64,000 nucleotides of DNA from Promethearchaeota archaeon (GTDB lineage Archaea > Asgardarchaeota > Lokiarchaeia > Sigyniarchaeales > SOKP01), in NCBI GenBank assembly GCA_019057795.1, contig JAHLWS010000073.1, positions 64,001 to 128,000 on the forward strand, read 5' to 3'. The translations under genes and the position numbers were made by a program. Below the pieces are notes generated by a model, which was not told the DNA's origin, ran no database searches, and saw only the letters and a program-made list of their open reading frames with translations. Positions 29,460 to 39,355 of the stretch are shown one piece after another; the first letter of the stretch is position 1; every line of letters starts with the position of its first letter.

Positions 29460-30143
29460 ATGGTAGAAAATTTACTCTTAGATCAATTTAATAATGTAAT
29501 ATCAACTCAATGGTCTTTTAAACAAATTGAAGAAAACCATGAACCATTATCTTCACGAGAATTATTTGAATTAGCGTATCATACAAGTAATTCCGTTGCA
29601 ATGCGAAATATTTTTATAAAACTCTCTGCCTCGGAAAGTAAAGGCGGTTCTCAGGCTATACTATATTCAAACACTAAAGAATTTATAAAGATCGAAACTC
29701 TTGAGGATTCTTTGAGAATTACAAAATACTTCCCTGAAGGAAGTACTGGGGATAAGTTAATCACCAATATCCAGCCTAAACTAAAGAATAGAAAAGAAAA
29801 ATTTTTAACAAAAGATAGTTCTATGAAAACTGACATCCTTAAAACTATTCTAGTTGAAAGGAAACTAGATGAATGCGTAAACTTCGTTATGTTAAAAGAT
29901 ATTAATCGAAAAGTCTATTTTGCCATTGGAGACGCCCGGGAAAGCGCTGCAGTCGTACCTATGTTCATGGAAGCAGAAGGAGCCAGTTTGGTTCAATTAG
30001 CTTTAAATAAGTGGATGAGCACAGTTCAAACTTTCGACCAGGAAAAACCCTTTCCAGATAATTTTGTCACGGGCTTACTTAAAAATATAATGCAAATTAA
30101 AAAGTGGGTTCTGAATTTAATATCTATTAATCTAGATAAATAA
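29460..30143 (+). CDS. Hypothetical protein
   Basis: 227-aa ORF with host-like codon usage; no recognised motif. Confidence 0.7.
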   Translation: MVENLLLDQFNNVISTQWSFKQIEENHEPLSSRELFELAYHTSNSVAMRNIFIKLSASESKGGSQAILYSNTKEFIKIETLEDSLRITKYFPEGSTGDKLITNIQPKLKNRKEKFLTKDSSMKTDILKTILVERKLDECVNFVMLKDINRKVYFAIGDARESAAVVPMFMEAEGASLVQLALNKWMSTVQTFDQEKPFPDNFVTGLLKNIMQIKKWVLNLISINLDK

Positions 30144-30293
30144 ACAATACCTGTATAACAATAAAATTTGTAAAACTTGTTTGGTTTATGTATGTCTTGT
30201 TCTTTTTCAAAAAATATAACATTTAAATTATTTTTTAACTAAAATTCTATTTATACAATCATGAATTTTTAATAAATTGGAGGAAAATCTTAA

Positions 30294-31181
30294 ATGGTCT
30301 TTATCAATTCTGATGGAAAATTTAATGAAAACACTTATTTAATTGATGCCGAACTGTATAGAATGAAAGGAAATCTCGCAATTTATATAATCGAAAACGA
30401 TAATATGCGAATAATGATTGATACTCCTTCAGATTTAATGGTTAGGAAATTTGTAAAAAAAATTAAAGAATTCGGATTATATCCCATTCATAAAATAATA
30501 TTGACTCATTCTCATTTTGATCATGTTCAAGGAGTAGGAAAATTAAAAAAATTGATGCAAGGAACTAAAATTGAAGTATTAGCTTCTGAAAGAGCAATAA
30601 ATAACTTGAAAAATCCTGATAAACTAAATAAAGAATTTGGATACAATGTGAACCCTATAGATAATGTTACTCCATTGAAAGAAGGAGATATAATTGATGT
30701 TAATGGTTTAAAGCTCGAGATAATGAACTTTTTTGGTCATACTCAGGATTCTATAGCAATATTAGATCGTAAAAACAAAAATATATTTATTGGCGATGCG
30801 ATAATAAATATGTATGAACGTGAAACTTTTAGCCCTACTTTCATGTCTTTTGACTTTAACGAATCTGAACTCCTAAAAACTTTTCAAAAACTAAGAAATC
30901 TTAAAGAAGATTTATGTTCTATCTCTCTAAGTCATTTCGGCATATGGAAAGATGAAGATTTCGATTTTGTATTAAATGAAATGGAAGATCAACACTTTAA
31001 AACAAAAAATACATTAATTGAATGGTATAACGAAAATCCTGACATAGGATATATAACTCTTAAATATCACGAAACTTTTACTCCTAATTCGACAATCCAC
31101 ACTAAAGAAAACATGCTCGGTTTAGAACTTGTGATTTCATTGCTTATTAACGGCTTAAAGATAAGTGGTTATATTAAATGA
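30294..31181 (+). CDS. MBL-fold metallo-hydrolase
   Basis: THSHFDHVQG, GHTQDS, IGDA, HFG; GGAGG SD. Confidence 0.9.
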   Translation: MVFINSDGKFNENTYLIDAELYRMKGNLAIYIIENDNMRIMIDTPSDLMVRKFVKKIKEFGLYPIHKIILTHSHFDHVQGVGKLKKLMQGTKIEVLASERAINNLKNPDKLNKEFGYNVNPIDNVTPLKEGDIIDVNGLKLEIMNFFGHTQDSIAILDRKNKNIFIGDAIINMYERETFSPTFMSFDFNESELLKTFQKLRNLKEDLCSISLSHFGIWKDEDFDFVLNEMEDQHFKTKNTLIEWYNENPDIGYITLKYHETFTPNSTIHTKENMLGLELVISLLINGLKISGYIK

Positions 31182-31214
31182 TTTCCTCTTGAAATATAGA
31201 AAAAAGAAAAAGAG

Positions 31215-31394
31215 TGGGCCATCGGGGACTTGAACCCCGGATCTCAGGCTTTTACTGATATGGACATTTTAAATTATTTTGTCTGTCCATGGGTCAATTA
31301 TAAGACCTGCGCTTGTTGACCAAGCTTCAATTAAGCCTTGTTAACCATTTCAGTAAACAAGATAAATTCTCGTTTAAAACTGAGCTAATGGCCC
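31215..31394 (-). tRNA. tRNA-Ile (anticodon UAU) with three BHB introns (31377-31348, 31341-31315, 31297-31250); mature length about 75 nt
   Basis: Acceptor GGGCCAT/ATGGCCC + A73; T-arm CGGGG-TTCAAGT-CCCCG; anticodon arm CAGGT-CTTATAA-GCCTG; D-loop AGTTTGGTTA after removing two BHB inserts. Confidence 0.88.
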
Positions 31395-31574
31395 TGTGCT
31401 TAATTTATATTCTGTATTTTTAAATACTTTTTTTATTTTACTTACATTATAAAGTCAAAAAGCACAAAATAATAAAAATTTTTTTATTGGTGTGCTCTAA
31501 TTAAATATATAATTAAAATCAAAAAATGATATTATACATAATATTTAAAAAAACACAAATGGGTGTAAAAACAA

Positions 31575-31979
31575 ATGGCCGAAATGTTACAAGACCTCTT
31601 AAACTCAATTTACCAAAGAATTGCCCAACTTGGTCAAGCAATTCAAGGATTGAAAACCTCTTTAGACGGGCTAAATCAAAATATTGAGCAAAAAATCTCT
31701 AATCTAAACGAAAAGTTAAAAGAATTTTCAGAGGAAATTGAAGTAACGAAGGGCAAACACATCGAAGTTCTGAAAGACATTGGAGAGAGTACAAAACTTG
31801 AATTGACGAAAATACAGGAAGGACTAGGATTAGTTGCTCTTGAAACGCTCGTGAAAAACTTAGAAGAATTCTCAAAATTGTCCGGGGAAGTACTTAACCA
31901 AGATACAGTTAATTTGCTTCTTTCTGAAGCAATTAGTTCGGTAAAATCCATGAGAGAAATATCTCAAAATGATGTATAG
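31575..31979 (+). CDS. Coiled-coil hypothetical protein
   Basis: Continuous heptad pattern over 134 aa; GGTG SD. Confidence 0.7.
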   Translation: MAEMLQDLLNSIYQRIAQLGQAIQGLKTSLDGLNQNIEQKISNLNEKLKEFSEEIEVTKGKHIEVLKDIGESTKLELTKIQEGLGLVALETLVKNLEEFSKLSGEVLNQDTVNLLLSEAISSVKSMREISQNDV

Positions 31980-32019
31980 TATAAATAATGTAGTATAATC
32001 GTAATGAGTTGATAAAAAA

Positions 32020-32451
32020 ATGGCAGAAAGATTATTGGATGACATGATAACTAAAATAAATCAGATTACAACTTCACTAGATGGTACAATCGCTCAGATC
32101 ACTCAAATGAGTACCTCAATTCAGAATATGTCGCAAAAATTTTCTGAAGAAACAATTTCTGTTAACGAGAATATCCGACTTATAGTGGAAGTACTTAAAC
32201 AATTTCGCATGAAATCTAGTGAAAACATGCAAGAGATTTCAGATGATTTTAACGCTAAGATAAAAGAATTATACGAAAAAAAATCAATTGAATGTATCAC
32301 TGAAGAAGAAAAGAAAGCTATTGAAATAATAAGACAAGCTGCTAAAGCTGTTTCTAATAACCTCTATTACGCTCAATTATTAAATGTCATTCAATCTATA
32401 AGAGAAGAAACTAATAGGATTATTAGCTTTAAAGAACAGCAAAGCATCTAG
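32020..32451 (+). CDS. Coiled-coil hypothetical protein (probable distant paralog of the upstream gene)
   Basis: Heptad pattern; similar start (MAE.L.D) and similar length. Confidence 0.7.
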   Translation: MAERLLDDMITKINQITTSLDGTIAQITQMSTSIQNMSQKFSEETISVNENIRLIVEVLKQFRMKSSENMQEISDDFNAKIKELYEKKSIECITEEEKKAIEIIRQAAKAVSNNLYYAQLLNVIQSIREETNRIISFKEQQSI

Positions 32452-32507
32452 TTTTTTTATGATAAAACTTTATTTATATCATCAACAAAGAGAAAAAGGA
32501 GTTAAAT

Positions 32508-33407
32508 ATGCCAAAAGGAAGTTTTGTGATATTAATCCCTCTAGATGCCGATTACAGAGTATTAGGTTACTATAATAAATCTAAATCCGATTTTGAAATC
32601 ACTAACGATTTATTTCTAAGGCTTAATTTAGATCATTCTAAAGACGAGTACAACTTGTTGAAATTAAAAGAAAATCAAATATTTTCTTATATTTATAAAT
32701 TTAAAGGAAAATTAGCTCGAAAGGCTTCTGGGATTATTATTGGATTATTGTTAAATGAAAACGATAAACCTGAGAAATTCAGATCCGCTCTTAAGGAAGG
32801 AGCTGAAGCAATTGAAGTTTTAGGGTTTAACTTTTTAAAAATGAATTCAGAAGAATTTGAACCGCTCTTAAAAGATATTTATTTAGAACACCTCGAACCA
32901 TTAATCGACATCCTAAAACCAGATGCTTTAAAAGATAGTGTTATTACCATAACTAAATTTATGTTGAGCGGTGGGAAACAAGAAAGAAAAATTGCTCAAG
33001 AATTATTAAAAAAAATTGAAGATGGGAAACACGAAAAAATCTCGGAGTATTATGATACGGCTGATACCGCCTTGAAGGCTTTAGATTACGAAAAAGCTGC
33101 GAAATTCTTCAAAAAAGCTGCTGAAATTGCTGAAGAATTATATGTTATTGACATTGCTGAATCTTTAAAGGAGAAAGCTACTTTTTCGGGAGATGTTCCA
33201 GATGTATCAAAAGCAAGGGACAAACTTGTTCAAGAGGCAAGAAATTTTCTCAGGAACGAAAATTTTCATTCAGCGTATATTTCTTATAAAAAGGCTAGCG
33301 AACTTTCTAAGAAATTAGTTGATTTTAATAAGGAAGAAGAGTATCGTTTGAAGTCAAAAGCTCTTGAGGAATTTTATAAAGTTGATGAGGAATATAAAAA
33401 AAAATGA
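32508..33407 (+). CDS. Hypothetical protein: longin/uDENN-like N-terminal domain plus TPR-like helical repeats
   Basis: Beta-rich N-terminus (IIIGLLLNENDKPEKFR); two repeats YEKAAKFFKKAAEIAEEL / FHSAYISYKKASELSKKL. Confidence 0.6.
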   Translation: MPKGSFVILIPLDADYRVLGYYNKSKSDFEITNDLFLRLNLDHSKDEYNLLKLKENQIFSYIYKFKGKLARKASGIIIGLLLNENDKPEKFRSALKEGAEAIEVLGFNFLKMNSEEFEPLLKDIYLEHLEPLIDILKPDALKDSVITITKFMLSGGKQERKIAQELLKKIEDGKHEKISEYYDTADTALKALDYEKAAKFFKKAAEIAEELYVIDIAESLKEKATFSGDVPDVSKARDKLVQEARNFLRNENFHSAYISYKKASELSKKLVDFNKEEEYRLKSKALEEFYKVDEEYKKK

Positions 33408-33447
33408 TTTAATCGTTTTTCAATTTCTTCACTAAAGTTTCTATAAA

Positions 33448-34281
33448 ATGGCAAAATTGGAAAAAAAGATTATTGGATTAGTTACAGATTTTGGAGCGAA
33501 AGGGCACCATTATGTAGCTAGTATGAAAGGAGTAATCTTAAAAATTAATCCTAAAGTAAAAATTATTGATATTTCTCATAATATCGCTCCATTCTCAATT
33601 ATAGAAACCTCCTATATCGTTAAAACAACGCATAAATATTATCCTGAAGATACTGTTTTTATCGTTGTAGTCGATCCGGGAGTAGGTAGTTCCCGAGAGA
33701 TTGTAGCAATTAAAACTATTAATAATCAATTTTTTGTCGGGCCTGATAATGGTATATTTAGTAATGTATTTTCTCCAGACGATATTGTTGAATGTGTAAC
33801 TGTTGAAAATCAAAATTATTTTCTTAAACCAATTTCAAAGATATTTCACGGAAGAGACATAATGGCACCAGTCGGAGCGTACATTACTAAAAATGTCCCA
33901 TTGAATAATTTTGGTCCTTCTTTTAATCCTTCAAAATTTGTGAAATACCCTCTCAAGTACGAAATTTCTCCAAAAAATAAAAAAATAACTTGTGTTATTC
34001 AATATATAGACACTTTTGGTAATGGGAAAACTAATATACAAATTAAAAAAAATAAAATACCAGGAACTTCAGTAATTTTTGAGCAAGGTAAAGAGATTGC
34101 AATGCTCTATAAAAATCAAGAATATCATGGGACAGTTACATCCCATTTTGAAGCGGTGACACAAAAATCATTATTGTTCATTGAAGGCTCATCCGGGTAT
34201 CTTGAAATTTCAATCAATCAAGGTAACGCAGCTAAAGAAATAGGATTTAAAGTGGGAGACGAAATTTTATTTAGTTTTTAA
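33448..34281 (+). CDS. SAM hydroxide adenosyltransferase / chlorinase-fluorinase family (DUF62)
   Basis: VTDFG, YVASMKGVI, DISH, VVDPGVG, GPDNG, FHGRDIMAP, YIDTFGN, GSSGYLEISINQGNAA. Confidence 0.93.
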   Translation: MAKLEKKIIGLVTDFGAKGHHYVASMKGVILKINPKVKIIDISHNIAPFSIIETSYIVKTTHKYYPEDTVFIVVVDPGVGSSREIVAIKTINNQFFVGPDNGIFSNVFSPDDIVECVTVENQNYFLKPISKIFHGRDIMAPVGAYITKNVPLNNFGPSFNPSKFVKYPLKYEISPKNKKITCVIQYIDTFGNGKTNIQIKKNKIPGTSVIFEQGKEIAMLYKNQEYHGTVTSHFEAVTQKSLLFIEGSSGYLEISINQGNAAKEIGFKVGDEILFSF

Positions 34282-34289
34282 AAAAGGAT

Positions 34290-35441
34290 TTGAATATGGA
34301 AAAAGAAATATTAGCTTGTATTGCGGATAAAAATATTAAATATTTGCACTCTGGACAAATCTCAAAATACATTTTTCCCGTGGAAAGGGAAGAGGCTCAC
34401 GAAAAGAAAATAAGTCATTTAATAACACGCCTTTTTATAGTTTCTATTACTCCTGACAAAAAAATACTCTATCTTGTTCAAAAACGTGGTAAAAATAAAA
34501 AAAGTTTTCCCGAATATTTTACAGACTCAGCCTCGGGGCATGTTGTGCATAAAAGAAATTTAACTCTGAGAGATATTGAAGAGGAAGCAAAGAGAGAGCT
34601 CAAAGAAGAGTTTGGTATACCTCCGATAGCGATTGACAAACTATTATTTTACGATTTAAATATAGAGGAAAATAAGAATACAACTGAAATTGCGTATGTA
34701 TTTTTAGGACTAGTTAAAAATAATGTGCAGCTAAAACCCAATCCAAACGAATTACAAATCAGCGAAAGTCGTTTCTACACTCAGTCTGAATTGACAAAAC
34801 TCTTACAGAATGAAAAAACAATTGATTATACAAAAACGATATGGAAAAAATTACTTAATACGGACTTAGTTGCAAAATTTAAGGCCAACAATAATAAAAC
34901 TAAATTTTCGGGTTCGAAAAGAAATATCGCGTTATTTGTTGGAAGGTTTCAACCATTACATCACGGTCATATTTATGTGCTCAATAAAATATTTAAAGGC
35001 TATAAAAAAATTAAAATAGGAATAGGAAGTTCTCAATTATCTAAAACTAAAACAGATCCCTTTACTAGTGAAGAAAGAGTAAGTTTCATAAATTCTGCCT
35101 TAAAAGTGAGAAATATTGACCCAGATAGATTCGAAATATTTGCAATTCCCGATATTTTTAACGCAAACAAATGGGTGAACCATGTTATTTCAATAGTAGG
35201 CGATTTTGATACGGTATATTCCAATAGTGATTGGGTTCGACAACTTTTTCAAAATAAGGGATTTATTATAGGAGAGAAATTAGAAATTTTTAAGAAAAAA
35301 TATAACGCGACAAATGTAAGAAAATTAATAAGCAAAGAAAATAGAAATTGGACGGTGTTAGTGCCTAAGGAAGTCGTAAATTTAATAAAAGGTTACGATG
35401 GTATCCAACGTATAAAATTATTATATGAAAAAGGAGATTGA
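34290..35441 (+). CDS. Fusion of an N-terminal Nudix domain and a C-terminal NMN adenylyltransferase (NadM)
   Basis: QKRG..KKSFP..DSASGHV...EAKRELKEEFG, then GRFQPLHHGH, IGSSQ, DPFTSEER, NATNVR. Confidence 0.88.
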   Translation: MNMEKEILACIADKNIKYLHSGQISKYIFPVEREEAHEKKISHLITRLFIVSITPDKKILYLVQKRGKNKKSFPEYFTDSASGHVVHKRNLTLRDIEEEAKRELKEEFGIPPIAIDKLLFYDLNIEENKNTTEIAYVFLGLVKNNVQLKPNPNELQISESRFYTQSELTKLLQNEKTIDYTKTIWKKLLNTDLVAKFKANNNKTKFSGSKRNIALFVGRFQPLHHGHIYVLNKIFKGYKKIKIGIGSSQLSKTKTDPFTSEERVSFINSALKVRNIDPDRFEIFAIPDIFNANKWVNHVISIVGDFDTVYSNSDWVRQLFQNKGFIIGEKLEIFKKKYNATNVRKLISKENRNWTVLVPKEVVNLIKGYDGIQRIKLLYEKGD

Positions 35442-36511
35442 TTTTGAATGGAAGCGATTTTTTAGAAATCGATGGTTCGTTTGGAGAAGGAGGCGGAGCA
35501 ATCCTACGTCTTAGCGCGGGATATTCGGTTCTATTTAACAAACCACTGAGAATAAAGAATATTCGTGCTAATCGTCCTAAACCCGGTTTAAGATTACAAC
35601 ACTTACTCGGTCTTAAAGCCCTTGCTAATCTAACCAATAGTAAATTAAGCAATTGCAATGTTGGAACTGAAGAAATTACTTTTATTCCTAATATTAAATC
35701 TTTAAAAAGTAAAATACATGTAAAAATCAATACAGCAGCAAGCATAGGGCTATTACTCCAACCAATTCAAATTGCGTGTTTAAGGTTAGTTCAACAGGAT
35801 AAAATTAATATTATACTCGAAGGAGGAGGTACTTTTGGTAAATGGGCACCTAGCTTAAATTACCTTACTAATGTTATCTATCAAATATTTAAAAGATCTG
35901 GATTGACAATTAATATAGAAATTAAAAAATTTGGATTTTATCCTAAGGGAGGAGCTCAGACTAATTGTACGATAATTCCTCCAAAAAACAACCTTAAACC
36001 TATTAATCTTACTAATTTAGGGGATGTTGATCTAATCAAAGGGGAAATTGTTCTGACAAATCAATTAAAACGTAATGGAAACAACATTGCGAATCGAATT
36101 AAGAAATCTATTAATATAGCAATAAAGAAAACTTTAGGGATCGAGACAGACATCAAAGATGTTTGGGTAAATTCATTGAGTCCTGGAGTTGGCCTTTGTT
36201 TGTGGGCTCATTCTAACACTGGAGCAATAGTATCAACAGGTACTATTTTAGGGGAAAAAAGACTTTCATCAGAAAAATTAGGTTATATTGCTGCTAAAGA
36301 AATGATTAAATATATTCAAAACGAAATTCCTGTTGACAATTACCTTAGCGATCAATTAATTCCATTAATGGCTTTTGTTAAAACCCCTTCAAGCATAAAA
36401 GTATTTGAAATTACGAGTCATACACGAACTAATTTAGAATTAATTAAACTATTTACAGATAAAAGCTATAAAATTTTAAAATTTGATAACCATTATTTAA
36501 TTGAATATTAA
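35438..36511 (+). CDS. rtcA: RNA 3'-terminal phosphate cyclase
   Basis: IDGSFGEGGG, NIRANRPKPGL..QHL, GFYPKGG, DNYLSDQLI, catalytic TSHTRTN. Confidence 0.95.
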   Translation: MILNGSDFLEIDGSFGEGGGAILRLSAGYSVLFNKPLRIKNIRANRPKPGLRLQHLLGLKALANLTNSKLSNCNVGTEEITFIPNIKSLKSKIHVKINTAASIGLLLQPIQIACLRLVQQDKINIILEGGGTFGKWAPSLNYLTNVIYQIFKRSGLTINIEIKKFGFYPKGGAQTNCTIIPPKNNLKPINLTNLGDVDLIKGEIVLTNQLKRNGNNIANRIKKSINIAIKKTLGIETDIKDVWVNSLSPGVGLCLWAHSNTGAIVSTGTILGEKRLSSEKLGYIAAKEMIKYIQNEIPVDNYLSDQLIPLMAFVKTPSSIKVFEITSHTRTNLELIKLFTDKSYKILKFDNHYLIEY

Positions 36512-36673
36512 TCAGATTTTTATTCTGTATTTGTACTTTTACGAAATTCTATAAATTAAGTTAATATTAACTTTTTAATACCTTTAAATTCAAAAAAAAT
36601 GCTCTCATTAAAGAAATTTTTAAATGATTACAATTATATGATAAATATAAAAATTAGAAAGTGCTAAATAACC

Positions 36674-37576
36674 ATGTCAACAAATGTATCTAATAGATGT
36701 CCTAGATGTGGCAACTATAATCGAACCGACTCGTTCGTTTGTGCTTTTTGTGGTAAACGACTTAGAAGTGAAAGAATAGAAAAATTTTCTATATTTAAGC
36801 GTATAGAAGAAGAATTCATTTCTCCTGCCCCTTGGTATATTATAATACTTTGGTTGTTTACTAAGCCAAATAGGGCTTTTTGGAACATAAACCATAAGAG
36901 GAAAGACGCTCCAGGATATAAAATTTTATTATTTAATTCGCTCATTTATGGACTCATGGGTTTAGCCTTTTTTTCACATATTTATATTCAAACGATAACG
37001 CCTTTTGGTAGGTTTATTATAGATTTAGCCGCTTTTATATCCTTTTTTGCGTTTGGATTTATGTTTTATTTTATTTTTGGTCTAATATTGATATGGCTTT
37101 TTACTAAAGGGGCAAATGCTGCCGTTGATTTTTCAGAAAGGTTAGAAGCGCGTTTTGGAGAAAAGAAAGAAGGAAAAGAAAAATACAGTCAAGCTGAGAT
37201 GAGTCCTTTCAGCATCTATAAAGGAGGAACTTTGCACCAACAGCAAGCGTCAAAATTTAAAATGATGTTGTGTGCGTTTGCACCCTATTTATTAATAAAT
37301 GGTATTGAGATTTTAATAATTTTAATTTTAATCCCAAATATTACTATTCCTGATCTCTTATCGTTTGATCTCAATCCTATGTTTGCATCCCCAACTTGGA
37401 CGGTGCTTCATCTTATTGACGCTTTAACGATTGCCGTGTGGGTTCCTATATTAATTACCCTTGCTATTAGAGAATTATCCAACTCATCCACGTTTCGCGT
37501 GCTTATCTCGTCATTAATAATTGGAATAATATTTGCGGTATTTTATTATTTCTTACGCCCTACATTTATAATTTAG
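36674..37576 (+). CDS. Zinc-ribbon plus Yip1-like multi-pass membrane protein
   Basis: CPRCG...CAFCG, then P.RAFW and five TM segments including the AFAP motif. Confidence 0.65.
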   Translation: MSTNVSNRCPRCGNYNRTDSFVCAFCGKRLRSERIEKFSIFKRIEEEFISPAPWYIIILWLFTKPNRAFWNINHKRKDAPGYKILLFNSLIYGLMGLAFFSHIYIQTITPFGRFIIDLAAFISFFAFGFMFYFIFGLILIWLFTKGANAAVDFSERLEARFGEKKEGKEKYSQAEMSPFSIYKGGTLHQQQASKFKMMLCAFAPYLLINGIEILIILILIPNITIPDLLSFDLNPMFASPTWTVLHLIDALTIAVWVPILITLAIRELSNSSTFRVLISSLIIGIIFAVFYYFLRPTFII

Positions 37577-37600
37577 CATTACATTACTAGCCTTAGAGAA

Positions 37601-38236
37601 ATGACAAATCGCAAAAAAAACTCTATTGACATTAAATCTGAGCTTGAATCTGAAATATTTGCAACAGTAAATACAATACTTAATTTAAATCAAAAATATC
37701 AAAAAGGTATTTTAAAAGAAATTTTTTTTCAAAGATCGATCAAGAGTGCTACGAACGATTTATTGGAGCTTAACTTATCGTTAAATAAGCATAATATAGT
37801 CCTTTCAAAACTATTGAATCACATGAGTTTTACTAATGATTATTATAAAGCTATTGACATTCTCAACAAAATATCTTCTCTTAACTTTTCTACTAGCCAA
37901 TTCTCGGAATCACTTAGTTCTTCTATTCTTGAAATCCCAGGGATTACTTCGGAAATTACAGCCTCTTTTATAACGCTAATGGACGCGCTAAAATTAGATG
38001 GTTTTGATAATAACGAGCTAATTTTTGTATTTTTTAAAGATTTGAAGAAAAATTTTGATAGATTTCCCGGTTTAGAATTAGACAAGATAAAATTGCAAAA
38101 AATCTTCGAAGAAATCTTACAAAACAAAGAAAAAATTGTTAATAATAAAAATTATAGAGATTCCATAGCAGACGATTTGTATGTAGTGTTTAAAGAATTC
38201 AAAAAAAAATATAATATTGGGAAGCTGCAAAAATAA
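37601..38236 (+). CDS. Vps28-like ESCRT-I subunit
   Basis: ESEIFATVNT..NL..KY.KG (Vps28 N-terminal hairpin) and SEITASFITLMDALKL (Vps28 C-terminal FITxMDxL[KR]L signature). Confidence 0.8.
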   Translation: MTNRKKNSIDIKSELESEIFATVNTILNLNQKYQKGILKEIFFQRSIKSATNDLLELNLSLNKHNIVLSKLLNHMSFTNDYYKAIDILNKISSLNFSTSQFSESLSSSILEIPGITSEITASFITLMDALKLDGFDNNELIFVFFKDLKKNFDRFPGLELDKIKLQKIFEEILQNKEKIVNNKNYRDSIADDLYVVFKEFKKKYNIGKLQK

Positions 38237-38320
38237 TAAAATTAATTAAGTTTACATGCTTTAACACCATATCAATAAAAACTTCAAATTGAATAAACTG
38301 AAAAACTAAAGGTAATCTTC

Positions 38321-38596
38321 TTGCCAAGGCCGGGTTTAAGATCAAAAGCTCAAAAACGAAAAAAGCTGAAAACTCCTGGAACTCAGAGCGTTTCTCATTA
38401 TTGGAGAAAAAAACCTAGTAAGGCTCAATGTGCCATTTGCAAAAAATCGCTTCAAGCTGTACCAAGATTAAGACCAGCGAAAATGAAAAAAACAAATAGG
38501 GTTTCCAGAAGAGCAAATCGACCTGAAAGCGGAAGATACTGTGCTAAATGTTTGCAAACCTTACTAAAAGAATCTGTGTGGCAAGCAGAAGTTTAA
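38321..38596 (+). CDS. rpl34e: 50S ribosomal protein eL34
   Basis: KTPG, CAICKKSLQAVPR, RANRP..G.YCAKC; TTG start. Confidence 0.95.
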   Translation: MPRPGLRSKAQKRKKLKTPGTQSVSHYWRKKPSKAQCAICKKSLQAVPRLRPAKMKKTNRVSRRANRPESGRYCAKCLQTLLKESVWQAEV

Positions 38597-38681
38597 TCCG
38601 ATCTTGGAATTTCAAAAATATTAAATAATTTCTGGTTTTAATTTCTTTTAATAGCTAAATTCAATTTTGAGAAATGTAAAA

Positions 38682-39218
38682 ATGATAATTACGATATCTG
38701 GGCTTCATGGGACAGGAAAGAGCGTAATTGCTAAACTAATGGCAGAACGCCTCGGGATACTCTACTACTCAACGGGACAAGCGTTTCGAGATCTTGCAAA
38801 AGAAAAGAACATGTCTTTAGAAGAATATACGAATTTTGTCGAAAATCATCCTGACATTGACAAAGATTTAGATAATAAAGTCGTTAACATGGCAAAAAAA
38901 GGTAATATTATTATTGATAGCCAATTAAGCGGACATATTCTCAAATCCATAGCAGATTTTAGAATACACTTAACTTGTCCATTAAAAATACGTGTTAAAA
39001 GAATGTCAGGGAGAGATCAAACATCTTTCGAAGAAAAATTAAAAGAAACAACATTAAGGGAAAAATCTGAATTGGAACGCTTCAAAAACCTCTATAACAT
39101 TGATTTAAGCGATAAAAACTTGATTAACGAATTTTTTGATTTAATTATTAACACAGAAAATTTATCTATTGAAGAAGTGTTAGCTAAAATCCTATCTGAG
39201 TTAAAAAATCTATTTTAA
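38682..39218 (+). CDS. cmk: Cytidylate kinase (archaeal type)
   Basis: IITISGLHGTGKS, STGQAFR, IDKDLD, RE.SE..RF..LYNID; located between L34e and L14e. Confidence 0.93.
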   Translation: MIITISGLHGTGKSVIAKLMAERLGILYYSTGQAFRDLAKEKNMSLEEYTNFVENHPDIDKDLDNKVVNMAKKGNIIIDSQLSGHILKSIADFRIHLTCPLKIRVKRMSGRDQTSFEEKLKETTLREKSELERFKNLYNIDLSDKNLINEFFDLIINTENLSIEEVLAKILSELKNLF

Positions 39219-39355
39219 ACTTTTTCTACGAAAAAAATCATAAAAAATTTATAATTGAAATTATTCCTTAATTTACGATAGATCGTTTATCTTTTCTGAA
39301 AATTAAAAAATTCAGTAATGATAAATTTATTGAAAATAATTTGGTGACAAATTAT

